Shown: one piece after another, positions 47,307-57,156 of the stretch | How the letters are laid out: each line of letters begins with the position of its first letter | How positions within the stretch are numbered: the first letter of the stretch is position 1 | Assembly: GCA_037200245.1 (NCBI GenBank) | Contig: JBBCIM010000029.1 | Coordinates: 166,342 to 230,341 of the forward strand | Direction of reading: 5' to 3' | From: Pseudolabrys sp. | GTDB lineage: Bacteria > Pseudomonadota > Alphaproteobacteria > Rhizobiales > Xanthobacteraceae | Length of the DNA: 64,000 bases | Position numbers and translations under genes: made by a program | Notes under the pieces: generated by a model | What the model saw: only the letters and a program-made list of their open reading frames with translations | Databases searched by the model: none | What the model was told of the DNA's origin: nothing

Positions 47307-47525
47307 ATGAACCTGTCTGAAAATTTCAAAACTGAACTGGCAAAAATCTACGCCGACAACAAACCTGGCCGCCGTGAACATATTCTGACCGCGACCGCAC
47401 GCTTGCGGGCCAAGTACAACGCCAAGCTGGTGAACGCCCGCAGGGATGATCCGAGCGGCGCGGCTACTGCCGAGCTCGCGATTGTGCGAATTGAAAACGA
47501 ACACGCCGCCAAGCTGGCAGCTTGA
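47307..47525 (+). CDS. Hypothetical protein
   Basis: AAGGAG RBS; 72 aa; followed by a terminator. Confidence 0.65.
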   Translation: MNLSENFKTELAKIYADNKPGRREHILTATARLRAKYNAKLVNARRDDPSGAATAELAIVRIENEHAAKLAA

Positions 47526-47563
47526 GGTAGCGCCAACCGTCACGCCAACGGTTTAGCGCGCGC

Positions 47564-47609
47564 AAGCGCCCGGGTGTGGTCATGACGCGCGCCCGGGCGC
47601 TTTTCTTTT
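47564..47609 (+). terminator. Terminator closing the element's main transcript
   Basis: AAGCGCCCGGG...CCCGGGCGCTT followed by TTCTTTT. Confidence 0.7.
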
Positions 47610-47620
47610 ACGAGGTGAAC

Positions 47621-47860
47621 ATGGACGTTGCTACAATTGACATCTGGAAACCGCGACCGCTGCCCGAAGATCAGTGGCGCGTGCAATTTTATAAGGACTG
47701 CATCGGCGTTTCCACGCACATCAACGGCCCGGAACCGGGGTGCCTCTACTGGACCCGGCTTGAGCTATCCGATTTTCCGAAGGATTTGTTTAGTATCGAC
47801 GATCTCAAACGTGCCGTCGTTGCGGCTGCGAACGCTCGCATTGCTGCCGGAGATAACTAG
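47621..47860 (+). CDS. Possible hypothetical protein (overlaps the opposite-strand gene)
   Basis: GAGGTG RBS, but the 3' part overlaps 47765-47999 (-). Confidence 0.35.
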   Translation: MDVATIDIWKPRPLPEDQWRVQFYKDCIGVSTHINGPEPGCLYWTRLELSDFPKDLFSIDDLKRAVVAAANARIAAGDN

Positions 47861-47999
47861 TCGCCTAGGGGCCTTTGATAGGCGGCCCGGGGTCGTTGAT
47901 TGCGTTGTCCGGGACCATCATTGTGTATTCGAGGATGGTGTGGACCGTACCGTCATCATCGGCTCGCGCATCAAATCTATCGGTCAAGTCTTCTTTCAT
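47765..47999 (-). CDS. Small hypothetical protein missed by the ORF track (one extra base in a homopolymer)
   Basis: MKEDLTDRFDARADDDGTVHTILEY...; removing one base near 47868 continues to NDGTFEIVDTKQILRKIG*. Confidence 0.45.
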
Positions 48000-48032
48000 T
48001 CTGGTCCATCCCGTTCTTGGAGCCACATCGAA

Positions 48033-48509
48033 TTAACGCGGCTTGGGTGATGGTGGCCCGCGCCCGTTCAACTCGGGGAAGGGTTTCAGATTTGGGCAGA
48101 GTTCGGCAGACGGTCCAACTGTGCCGTAGTTCACAGGGGACATATCGCCGGCATTCGTAATGGCAAAGACCTCGCGCTTTGCTCCGGTGTAGCCGCCATA
48201 GCTGTTGCGGGCGTTTAGCTCGATGCAAACGCAGGTGGAGCCAGGGGCATTCGTTGTACCACTCATGGCGTGAATGCGGCATTCCATCGGGTCGGCGATC
48301 TGCGCGCCGACGATCGACCCCGGGTCTTTCCACGTTCGTGTTCGCGCGGCCAACACTATGCGCCGCACCTCGGTGTCTGAGAGCGCGGATTTTTCCACCG
48401 AGGCTTCGGGGTATGGCGTCGGTGACGTAGCGCACCCAGCCAATAAAAGGCCGCACAGCGCCCCAACGGCGGCGCGCTGTGCGTTATGAGTCCATCTTGG
48501 CGACGCCAT
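48033..48509 (-). CDS. Putative lipoprotein (cargo)
   Basis: LLAGC lipobox; KDPGS and C...NARNSYGGYTG motifs. Confidence 0.75.
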   Translation of the reverse strand: MASPRWTHNAQRAAVGALCGLLLAGCATSPTPYPEASVEKSALSDTEVRRIVLAARTRTWKDPGSIVGAQIADPMECRIHAMSGTTNAPGSTCVCIELNARNSYGGYTGAKREVFAITNAGDMSPVNYGTVGPSAELCPNLKPFPELNGRGPPSPKPR

Positions 48510-48787
48510 GTCGGTTCTGCCCCTCCCACACTGATGCTGCGATCTAAGCACCCGCAATGCGCGAGTGTCGAATCCCCAGCAAGGGAGGCCCGCCAACGGC
48601 CTAGCAAGCCCGCTGGCGCGCTTTCTGACGCTGAGCTAAACCGCGTCCCAGGCAAATCCCCGGCGTTGGAACCTCTCACCCCGGGATGATGCGTTAAGGC
48701 CCGCTGCATTTTCTGGGGCGCGGCAGCCTGCTAATCCGGGGGTTATTCTAAAAAAACAGTGAATATACCAATGATATCAATATGATT

Positions 48788-48877
48788 TGGCGGAAGGGGT
48801 GAGATTCGAACTCACGGTACCCTTGCGGGTACGCCGGTTTTCAAGACCGGTGCCTTAAACCACTCGGCCACCCTTCC
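48788..48877 (-). tRNA. tRNA-Ser (anticodon TGA)
   Basis: GGAAGGGTGGCCGAGTGG...CCGGT-CTTGAAA-ACCGG, long variable arm, GTTCGAATC, CCA end. Confidence 0.97.
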
Positions 48878-49087
48878 GTAACACCTGTCGTTTACAGCTA
48901 GTCCAATGGTCGAAGCTGGACGCACTTGCAAGCGGGACCAGCATCGGGTTAAGGCGTGACCACCGGTTTGCCGCAGAAACGCCAAAGTCTCCGTGGAACC
49001 AAGTGTTTACCACGACTGGCCCCGGCGGTTCACGCGACAGCCGCCGCAAGGTAAACTAGCCGCATCAATTCGGGGACCGTAAACAGA

Positions 49088-50032
49088 ATGGGCGGACTGG
49101 GGGGGTAACGGCACAGTAGGCCGGTTCGCGCGCGTCTGTGGCGCGGCCGTTGCCTGTCTGGCGCTGGCCAACTGTTCCAGCCAGGTTTCCAGCAAAATCG
49201 ACCCCAGATACGGCACCTCCGCCAGCGCCCGCGTCGTCGGTCCCGGCGAACCGGTGCCAAGGGCGGCGGCGTGTATCGCGTCGGCAAGCCCTATACCGTC
49301 GCCGGACGGGTCTATATCCCCGAAGAGGACGTCAATTACAGCGCCATCGGCCTGGCCTCCTGGTACGGCGACGATTTCCATGGCCGCTTCACCGCCAATG
49401 GCGAAGTTTTCGACATGAATTCGATCTCGGCGGCCCATAAGACGCTGCCGTTGCCGTCTTATGTGCGGGTCACCAACCTCGCCAACCGTCGGTCGATCGT
49501 GGTGCGGGGTCAACGACCGCGGGCCTTATGTTGGCGATCGCGTCATCGACCTGTCGGTCAAGACCGCGCAGCTTCTCGGCTTCTACGGTCACGGCGTCGC
49601 CAAGGTGAAGGTCGATTACGTCGGTCGCGCCCCGCTCGCCGGTTCCGACGATCTCAAGCTGGCGGCGACGCTGCGCGAGTGCACGCCGGCCACGGCGCCG
49701 GTCATGGTAGCGGCCAACGACAGCAAAACTTACGCCCCAGCCTATTTCGACGCCCGCCCGATGACCCAATCGGCCGCCAAAGCGCCGACGCCGCCGGAAC
49801 GGCCTTACAGGCTGGCGAGGGCGCCCGTGAGATTGCCGCGGCCGATGTGGATACCGGGGCACCGACCACCGAACTGGCGGCCGCCAAGCGCCCGCAACGC
49901 GCTGAACCCATCACTCGCAGAGCACTCGCCGCTGTGGAACCAGCCGAACCTTCGGTTTCCCCGGTATCGGCCTACGCCCCGACGCGCTATGATGCAGTGG
50001 CGGGATTCATGAGTGGCCGCGGCCTTTACTGA
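49088..50032 (+). CDS. rlpA: Septal ring lytic transglycosylase RlpA lipoprotein (frameshifts)
   Basis: LANC lipobox, [31 protein letters not shown]. Confidence 0.9.
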
Positions 50033-50105
50033 GCCGCATTTTTCCGTCACAGCGCCGCCATACCATCCCGCAATTCACGCGCTCCGGCGTGGCTATGGGC
50101 TCTCG

Positions 50106-51366
50106 ATGACGTTTGGCGCTTCCCGACTTGGACGATTGCTATCGGCGGCGATCTTGATCGTCGGTCTGGCGGGCGTCGCCTATGCGGGCGTCGCCTAAGC
50201 ATCAGCCGGGCTCCGGCCTCGCCGCCAAGAAAGAGGCACCTAAAAAGGACGCGCCGAAAAAAGACGAACCGCCGATCACCGCGCCGCACGCCATCCTGAT
50301 CGATGCCGAGAACGGCGCGGTGCTGTTCGAACGCGACGCCGACCAACTGATATTCCCGGCCAGCCTCGGCAAGCTGATGACGGTCGAATACGTCTTCAAC
50401 GAACTCAAGCAAGGCCGCATCAAGCTCACCGACGAATATCCGGTGAGTGAAAACGCCTGGCGCAAAGGCGGCGCGCCGTCGCATTCATCGACCATGTATG
50501 CCGCGCTCAACAGCCGCATTCCGGTCGAGGCGCTCTTGCACGGCGCCATCGTGCAGTCGGGCAATGATGCCTGCATCATCCTGGCCGAAGGGTTGGCCGG
50601 CACCGAACAGGCCTTCGCGGCAAAGCTCACCGAACGGGCGCGTCAGATCGGCCTCACCAAATCGGTCTTCACGACATCGAACGGCTTGCCGGATCCAGGC
50701 GAAAAAGTGACGACGCGCGAGCTCGGCCTGCTCGCCCGCCACATCATCCGCAACTATCCGGAGTATTACCCGATCTTCGGCGAGCACGAGTACACCTGGA
50801 ACAAGATTCGCCAGCCGAACAGAAATCCGCTGCTGCCCTTGGGCATCGGTGCCGACGGTCTCAAGACCGGCTTCACCAAGGAGGCGGGCTACGGCTTGGT
50901 CGGCTCCGCCGTGCAGAACGGCTTGCGCCTCGTGGTGGTGGTCAACGGTCTCAAGGACGCCAAAGAGCGCGCCGACGAAGCCAAGAAGTTGCTGGAGTGG
51001 GGCTTCAAGAGTTTCGAACAGCGCGTGCTGTTTGCCGAAGGCCAGACCATCGGCACGGCCAAAGTTTTCGGCGGCGCCGCCGGCCATGTGCCGCTCGTCG
51101 CGACGGGGCTCGCCCGCGTGATGCTGCCGAAGAGCGGCGGGGCAAAACTGATCGCGCGCATCGTCTATACCGGCCCGGTGCCGGCGCCGGTTGCGCAAGG
51201 CGAGTCGATCGGCACTCTCAAGGTCTGGCGCGACGATGTCGTCATCCTGGAAATGCCGCTGCGGGCCTCCGCAGACGTCGCCAAAGGCAGCATGTCGCAA
51301 CGCGCTTTCGACGCTGCCACCGAAATGATGATCTCGCTGTTCCGTGCCGGGGCCGAGCGGCTATGA
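50106..51366 (+). CDS. dacA: D-alanyl-D-alanine carboxypeptidase
   Basis: ASLGK (SxxK), SGN (SxN), KTG. Confidence 0.9.
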
Positions 51367-52080
51367 TGACGGCCGCCGCGTAGCGCGGGCGATGACACGG
51401 AGAGGCTTGCTCGTTTGCGCGGACATTTCATCACCTCGAAGGCGGCGAAGGCAGCGGTAAATCCACCCATGCGGCGATGCTGGCGCAGCGGCTTAAGTCG
51501 CTCGGGGTTCCGTCGTTCTCACGCGTGAACCGGGTGGCTCGACCGGCGCCGAGATCATTCGTCACATCTTGCTATCCGGTGTCGCCAAGCCGCTAGGCGC
51601 CGAGACCGAAGCCATTCTGTTCGCCGCCGCGCGCGACGATCACGTGCGCAACATGATCCTGCCGGCAATCCAAGCCGGGCAGTGGGTGATCTGTGACCGC
51701 TTCATCGATTCGACCCGCGTTTATCAGGGCGCGCTTGGCAGCGTCGATCCGCGTCTGATCCGCAGTCTCGAGCGGGTCACGGTCGGCGCCGCGGGTGCCG
51801 GAACTGACGTTCATCCTCGACGTTCCGGCGAAAATCGGTCTGGCGCGCGCCACGGCGCGCCGCGGCAAGGACGTCGCCGACCGCTTTGAGGCGGAGTCGC
51901 CTCGACTATCATGAGAAGTTGCGCATGGCCTATCGCGCGCTGGCCGAGAAGGAGCCGAAGCGCTGTTTCGTCATCGACGGCCGCGCGCCGCGCGATGTCG
52001 TGGCGGAGCGCATCTGGAACGTCGTCGTAGAGCGGCTGCAGCCTTTGGAAAAGCTGAGCGCGGAAGCGACCGCGCCATGA
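51363..52080 (+). CDS. tmk: Thymidylate kinase (frameshifted)
   Basis: FIT.EGGEGSGKST, REPGG, CDRFIDSTRVYQG. Confidence 0.88.
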
Positions 52081-52090
52081 ATGGCCGACG

Positions 52091-53123
52091 ATGAGCGACG
52101 ACGATACCGACAATGGGCTTCTGCTGCCGCGCGAGACCTCGGTGCTGTTCGGGCACGAAGAGGCCGAATGGACTTTGCTTGAAAGCTATCAGAGCACGCG
52201 CATACCGCACGCCTGGCTGATCGGCGGCCCGCCCGGCATCGGCAAGGCGACGCTCACCTATCGGCTGGCGCGTTTCGTGCTCGCGCATCCCGATCCGTCG
52301 GAGGCGGCCGTGCAGAAGGCGGCCTCGCTTGCGGTCGATCCGGACAATCCGGTCGCGCGCCGCATTGCCGCGCAGGCGCAAGGCGATCTCCTGGTGTTGG
52401 AGCGCATCGTCAACGAGCAGACCGGCAAGCTTTACACCGTGATCCGGGTCGATGACGTGCGCCGCTCGGTGCCGTTCTTCGGCTCGACCGCGGGCGAAGG
52501 CGGCTGGCGTATCGCGATCGTCGATGCGGTCGACGACCTGCAGCGCGAGGGCGCCAATGCGCTGCTCAAGGTTTTGGAGGAGCCGCCGGCGCGCACGCTG
52601 CTGCTGCTGATCAGCCACGCACCCGGCCGCGAACTGCCGACCATCCGGTTCGCGCTGTCGCCGCCTGTTGCTGCGGCCGTTGTCCGCCGACAATGTTGCT
52701 CTCGCGGTCGCGGCCTCGACCGGCCGCAACGCCGATGAATCCGAGGTGAAACAAGCCGCGGCAGCCGCCGATGGCAGCGTGGGACGCGCGCTTCGTTTTC
52801 TCGATGGACCTGCCCTCGCTCTGCGCCAGAGGATCCTCGACCTGTTCGCGCAACTCCCCAATCCGGACCCGCGCGCGCTGCATGCGCTTGGCGACGCACT
52901 CGGCGGCAGCGAACCGCAAACGCTGCACGCCTTTATGGATCTCGTGAATAGCTGGCTGTCGTCGCGGCTCGACAGCGAGCCGCAGCCGTCGCGTATGGCG
53001 CGCGTCGCGCAAGCCTGGGACAGGGTCAATCGTGCCGCGCGCGACGTCGAGACCTACAATCTCGAGCGCAAACCGCTGGTATTTGCCGTTTTCGGCTTGC
53101 TCGCAGAGGCGGCGCGCGCGTAG
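52091..53123 (+). CDS. holB: DNA polymerase III delta' subunit
   Basis: HAWLIGGPPGIGKAT, ANALLKVLEEPP, PTIR; follows tmk. Confidence 0.9.
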
Positions 53124-53458
53124 CCGCACACATCGCCGCCGCGCGGTTCCCCGACCCAAATAATACCTGATGTGAAGAACATTTCGGTGTCGCGACACCC
53201 GAAAGGTATTTTCAAAAGCGTTCAAAATTGAACAGCGCGGCGTAAAAATCGCTGTCATATTTTCGTCAGTTGAAATCAGTTGGTCGCTTTGCTGCGCGGG
53301 TTCCGAACGCAGAGTTTCCGGTGGAGACGGCGAGGGCTGAGGTTGCGTTCTAGCGTCTCGAGTGGCGTTTAAACTTCATTCGGCGAGTACCCAACGAACG
53401 ATTGCTGTGCGCAAAAATCGCCAGTGGTGTACCTCGTCCGGTTTACAGGGGCAGTCAT

Positions 53459-53743
53459 ATGAAATCCTTAGTCGTCAAGCGTTCCATCGTTATCGCCGGG
53501 CATAAGACCAGCGTCAGTCTCGAGGAACCCTTTTGGCTGGGGCTTAAGGAAATTGCCCAAAATCAACATGTGACTTTATCCAACATGGTAGGCGACATCG
53601 ACACGCGGCGCCGGCAAGGCAACTTGTCATCGGCCATTCGCTTGTTCGTTCTCGACACGGTGCGGGCGCGGTCTCTAGAATTGGCCGGCGGCATGCTTCC
53701 GACCGAAGTCATGCGCTCGGGCAACGGCCAAAGTCACGCCTGA
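53459..53743 (+). CDS. Ribbon-helix-helix (RHH_4-type) domain protein
   Basis: KRSIVIAGHKTSVSLEEPFW...NLSSAIRLFVL. Confidence 0.85.
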   Translation: MKSLVVKRSIVIAGHKTSVSLEEPFWLGLKEIAQNQHVTLSNMVGDIDTRRRQGNLSSAIRLFVLDTVRARSLELAGGMLPTEVMRSGNGQSHA

Positions 53744-53756
53744 ACGAGCGGCCGGC

Positions 53757-54518
53757 TCACGCGTCGGCGATGGCCGGCCGTAGTGGCAGAAACTCCGACA
53801 TCCGGGCGCCCGGATAGAATGTCTGCTGGAATGCAGGGCGCGCCTGCATGCGCTCGTACCATTCGGCGACGCGCGGAAACCGCGGCTCCCAGATCTGAGC
53901 AAAGCCTAGGTCGGCCATGCGGTCGACCAACGGTGCGACGATGATGTCGGCAAGGCTGTACTGCTGGCCGAGAAGCCACGGGCCGCTCTCCAGCGCCTTG
54001 TCCATGCGCGCGCAGGTATTGCCGAGCTGCTCCAGCGAGGCTTCCACATCTTCCTTTTTGAAGCCGCCCGGACCCATCCGGCGGTAGAACTGCTTGCGGA
54101 TCGGACGGACATCCGATTGCTCGGCCTCGAAGCGTTTGCGGTCGAGCCCTTCGAATCGCGGCAGGAATCCCATGTTGAACGAAGGCACGCGTACAGCCGC
54201 GGTCGGAACCTCTTCGAGAAACCGCATCCAGGCGCGCATGCGCGCGCGCTGCACGAGGTCCTCGGGCGTCAGCCGGACTTGCGGATAGCGCTCGTCGAGA
54301 TATTCGCAGATCACGCTTGAATCGACGATGATGTTGCCATCGTCGACCAATGTGGGGACCACGCCGTTCGGATTGATCTTGAGATATTCCGGCTTGAGAT
54401 GATCCTTGGCCTTGCCGAGATCGAGCCGGATGTCCTCGAAGGCCAGATTCTTTTCGGCGAGACAGATTCTCACCTTCTGGCTGCAGGTCGAATGCGCGGC
54501 ATTGTACAAAGTCAGCAT
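53757..54518 (-). CDS. Glutathione S-transferase family protein
   Basis: STCSQKVR, INPNGVVPTL, DSSVICEYLDE, SLADI. Confidence 0.9.
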   Translation of the reverse strand: MLTLYNAAHSTCSQKVRICLAEKNLAFEDIRLDLGKAKDHLKPEYLKINPNGVVPTLVDDGNIIVDSSVICEYLDERYPQVRLTPEDLVQRARMRAWMRFLEEVPTAAVRVPSFNMGFLPRFEGLDRKRFEAEQSDVRPIRKQFYRRMGPGGFKKEDVEASLEQLGNTCARMDKALESGPWLLGQQYSLADIIVAPLVDRMADLGFAQIWEPRFPRVAEWYERMQARPAFQQTFYPGARMSEFLPLRPAIADA

Positions 54519-54663
54519 GAATTCCCCGGCTGGTGCGTGCGGCCGCCAGTCTAGCGGGCCGCCGCGCCATTGCCGAGACTTTGCGCGGACCCCCTTTCGC
54601 CGCCACACGGTTGCAGCTTATCATTCATGCAATTGGCGCGAATGACGCCAAATCGGGGGGACC

Positions 54664-55633
54664 ATGAAAAAACTCGTCACTGCGATCGCGCTGACCTTGT
54701 TGGCCGGTATCGCCGCCGTATCGGCGGGAAACGTTTCCGTCGCGTCCGATCACGCTGATCGTGCCATTCCCGCCGGGCGGGTCGACCGACATTGCGGCCC
54801 GAATCATGGCAGAGCACATGCGCGGTACGCTCGGGCAATCGGTCCTTGTCGAGAATGTCGGCGGCGCCGGCGGCAGCATCGGCGTGCGCCGCGTCGCGCG
54901 CGCCACACCGGACGGCTACACCATCGACATCGGCCAATGGGACACCCATGTCGGCAGCATCATTTACAACCTCGATTACGATCTCCAGAAGGACTTCGAG
55001 CCGATCGGCCTGATCACGGTCAATCCGCAGCTGATGGTCGCGCGCAAGGATTTGCCGGCTGACGATCTCAAAGGCCTGGTTGCCTGGATGAAGGCTAATC
55101 CGGGCAAGGTCAATTTCGTCAACCAGAATGCCGCCGGCAATGTCAGCGGCGTGCTGTTCGAACAGCTCACCGGGCAGAAGGTTCAGTTCATTCCTTATCG
55201 CGGCGCAGGGCCGGCAATGACCGATCTGATGTCAGGCCAGGTCGACCTCCTGGTGGTGCAGGGCGCCATCGCGCTGCCGCAGATTCGCGGCGGCAAGATC
55301 AAGGCACTCGCCAATCTTTCGCCGGAACGCTCGGCCTCGATGCCGGATATTCCGACCTCCGATGAGAGCGGCGTGGCAAAATTATATATGGCGGGCTGGT
55401 TCGGCTTCTGGGCGCCCAAAGGCACGCCGAAGGAGATCGTCGCCAAGCTCAATGACGCCATGGCTCGGGCGCTTACCGACAAGAATGTGGCGGCGCGCTT
55501 CACCGAACTCGGCCTCGACGTGGCGCCCAAGGCACAGCAGACGCCGCAAGGGCTCGCCGCGTTCCAGCAAGCCGAGATCGACAAGTGGTGGCCGATCATC
55601 AAGGCCGCGGGCATCGGCGCGCAGGCGCAATAA
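54664..55633 (+). CDS. Bug/TctC tripartite tricarboxylate transporter substrate-binding protein
   Basis: PFPPGGSTD, VENVGGAGG, PDGYT, IPYRGAGPAMTDL. Confidence 0.9.
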
Positions 55634-55725
55634 TAATGTAATGCCGCTTTTACTGTTCTGCCGGACCGCGTTTGCTAGTGTTGCGCCACGCCGAAACGAT
55701 TCACCTGACCTGACAGGAGTCCGTC

Positions 55726-56124
55726 ATGACGCTGAAATTTATCATCTCCGTTGCAGCGATCGTCGCGCTGCCATTCTGTGCGCAAGCGCAACAGCCTCAA
55801 GGCGCGCCTCCGGCTCCGAAGGCTGCGCCGACGCCCACCAAGGCGGACGCGCAGAAAGTCATCAAGATCGTCAGCAGCGACAAAGCCAAGACCAAGATCT
55901 ACTGCGACATCTCCGCGCTCGGCGATCAGATCGACGAGGCCGTACAGAAAAAAGACGAAAAGAAAATCGACGAACTGTCGCAGAAGGCCGATGAGATGGG
56001 TGCCAAAATCGGCCCCGAATATGTCGCCTTGATGGATGGCATGCAGGAGCTGGACCCGGACTCGAAGGAAGGCAAAGACCTTTCCGCGATGCTCGAGCAG
56101 CTCGAAAACCTGTGCGGCAAATAA
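55726..56124 (+). CDS. Hypothetical exported helical protein
   Basis: Signal peptide; two Cys; AGGAG RBS. Confidence 0.7.
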   Translation: MTLKFIISVAAIVALPFCAQAQQPQGAPPAPKAAPTPTKADAQKVIKIVSSDKAKTKIYCDISALGDQIDEAVQKKDEKKIDELSQKADEMGAKIGPEYVALMDGMQELDPDSKEGKDLSAMLEQLENLCGK

Positions 56125-56177
56125 AGCGCGCGCCGGCCACGGCGCGCGCTTGACGAGGATAAAGGACCGGCTGCGTC

Positions 56178-56570
56178 CTAGTAGCCGCGGCGGCGGACCT
56201 TCTTGGCGGCCTTGCGCGCGGCGTAGCGGGCGTCGCGTTCGGCCTTCTTCTCGGCCTCGAGAGCTGCTTCGCGCTCGGCCGCTTCGGCGGCGAGGCGCAA
56301 TTCTTCTGCTTCCTTTTCACGCTGCGCTTGGGCGGCGCGTTCAGCGGTAAGCGCGGCCTCGGCGGCGATTTCCGCCTCGCGAACCTTGCGGGCGGCTTCA
56401 CGCTCGGCCTGGCGGGCGGCGCGGGCTTCGGCGATGGCGATGCGGGCGAGGCGGGCCTGCTCGAGGGCGGGGTCTTGCGTGGCGGCTTTGAATTTCTCCA
56501 GCATCGCCTTCTTGACGGCGGCGGCGCTGTTCCGGCGTTCCAAAACGTCGGGGCTACGGAAGTTGCTCAT
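56178..56570 (-). CDS. Coiled-coil hypothetical protein (DUF6481-like)
   Basis: KKAMLEKFK...KAERDARYAARKA. Confidence 0.7.
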   Translation of the reverse strand: MSNFRSPDVLERRNSAAAVKKAMLEKFKAATQDPALEQARLARIAIAEARAARQAEREAARKVREAEIAAEAALTAERAAQAQREKEAEELRLAAEAAEREAALEAEKKAERDARYAARKAAKKVRRRGY

Positions 56571-56719
56571 TCACACTCCTGGGAGGAAAAGGCGTATCGC
56601 GGCGGGACCAAAGCTTATCGGCTATATGGCCTTGTTGAGCCGCATCTACAATGCGCCCAGGCCGCAATTCAATGGTAAAATTGAGCACTAGCGCCCGAAA
56701 ACGAGGCTTTGCCGCGCCT

Positions 56720-56887
56720 TTACGCCGCTTCACCGGCCGGCGGCGCGCCCAGTAGAGCCTGCCGCGCCTTGTCCTCGAACTCGCGCGCCAGCCGTTTGAG
56801 TTCTTCGGCGATAAAGCGATCGGCGGTGTCCGCGGCGATTCGGCGGCAGTGTTCAGCTTGGCTGAGAAGATATTCGCGCGACGTCAT
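56720..56887 (-). CDS. Small hypothetical protein
   Basis: YLLSQAEHCRRIA...LKRLAREFEDKA; preceded by an EcfG-type promoter. Confidence 0.6.
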   Translation of the reverse strand: MTSREYLLSQAEHCRRIAADTADRFIAEELKRLAREFEDKARQALLGAPPAGEAA

Positions 56888-56927
56888 GGGCGACCCGTTC
56901 ATGATTCCGGCAGGAGTAGGGGCAAAA

Positions 56928-56953
56928 AACGCCGACAGCCGCGTTTCCGTTCC
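56928..56953 (-). promoter_or_regulatory. EcfG/RpoE2-type promoter GGAAC-N17-CGTT
   Basis: Consensus match ~40 bp upstream of the ATG at 56887. Confidence 0.6.
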
Positions 56954-57156
56954 ATCGGCGAAGAGACGACCCGGCCCCGGTTGCGCCGCTTTGCACCATT
57001 CGCATGAAATGCGGATGACGAAGCACGGGGACCCGTGGAACTTTCCGCCGGTCAGCAAACGTTAACCGACCGGCGGCAATTTTCGGCAACTCGTAGGCGC
57101 TTCCATAACGGCCGACGTGTTAGCCCGGTTGATCAACCAACCGATCACAGGGCGCG

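Larger units (their letters stand above)
39230..48802. mobile_element. ~9.6 kb integrative phage-satellite-like element in tRNA-Ser(TGA)
   Basis: Exact 15-bp direct repeats TGGCGGAAGGGGTGA at 39230-39244 and 48788-48802; integrase, AlpA, primase-helicase and terminase genes; visibly more A/T-rich than the flanks. Confidence 0.9.

Noticed and set aside
39230-48802. Complete prophage or GTA
   Set aside because: No recognisable capsid, portal, tail or lysis genes, and only ~9.6 kb between intact att sites.
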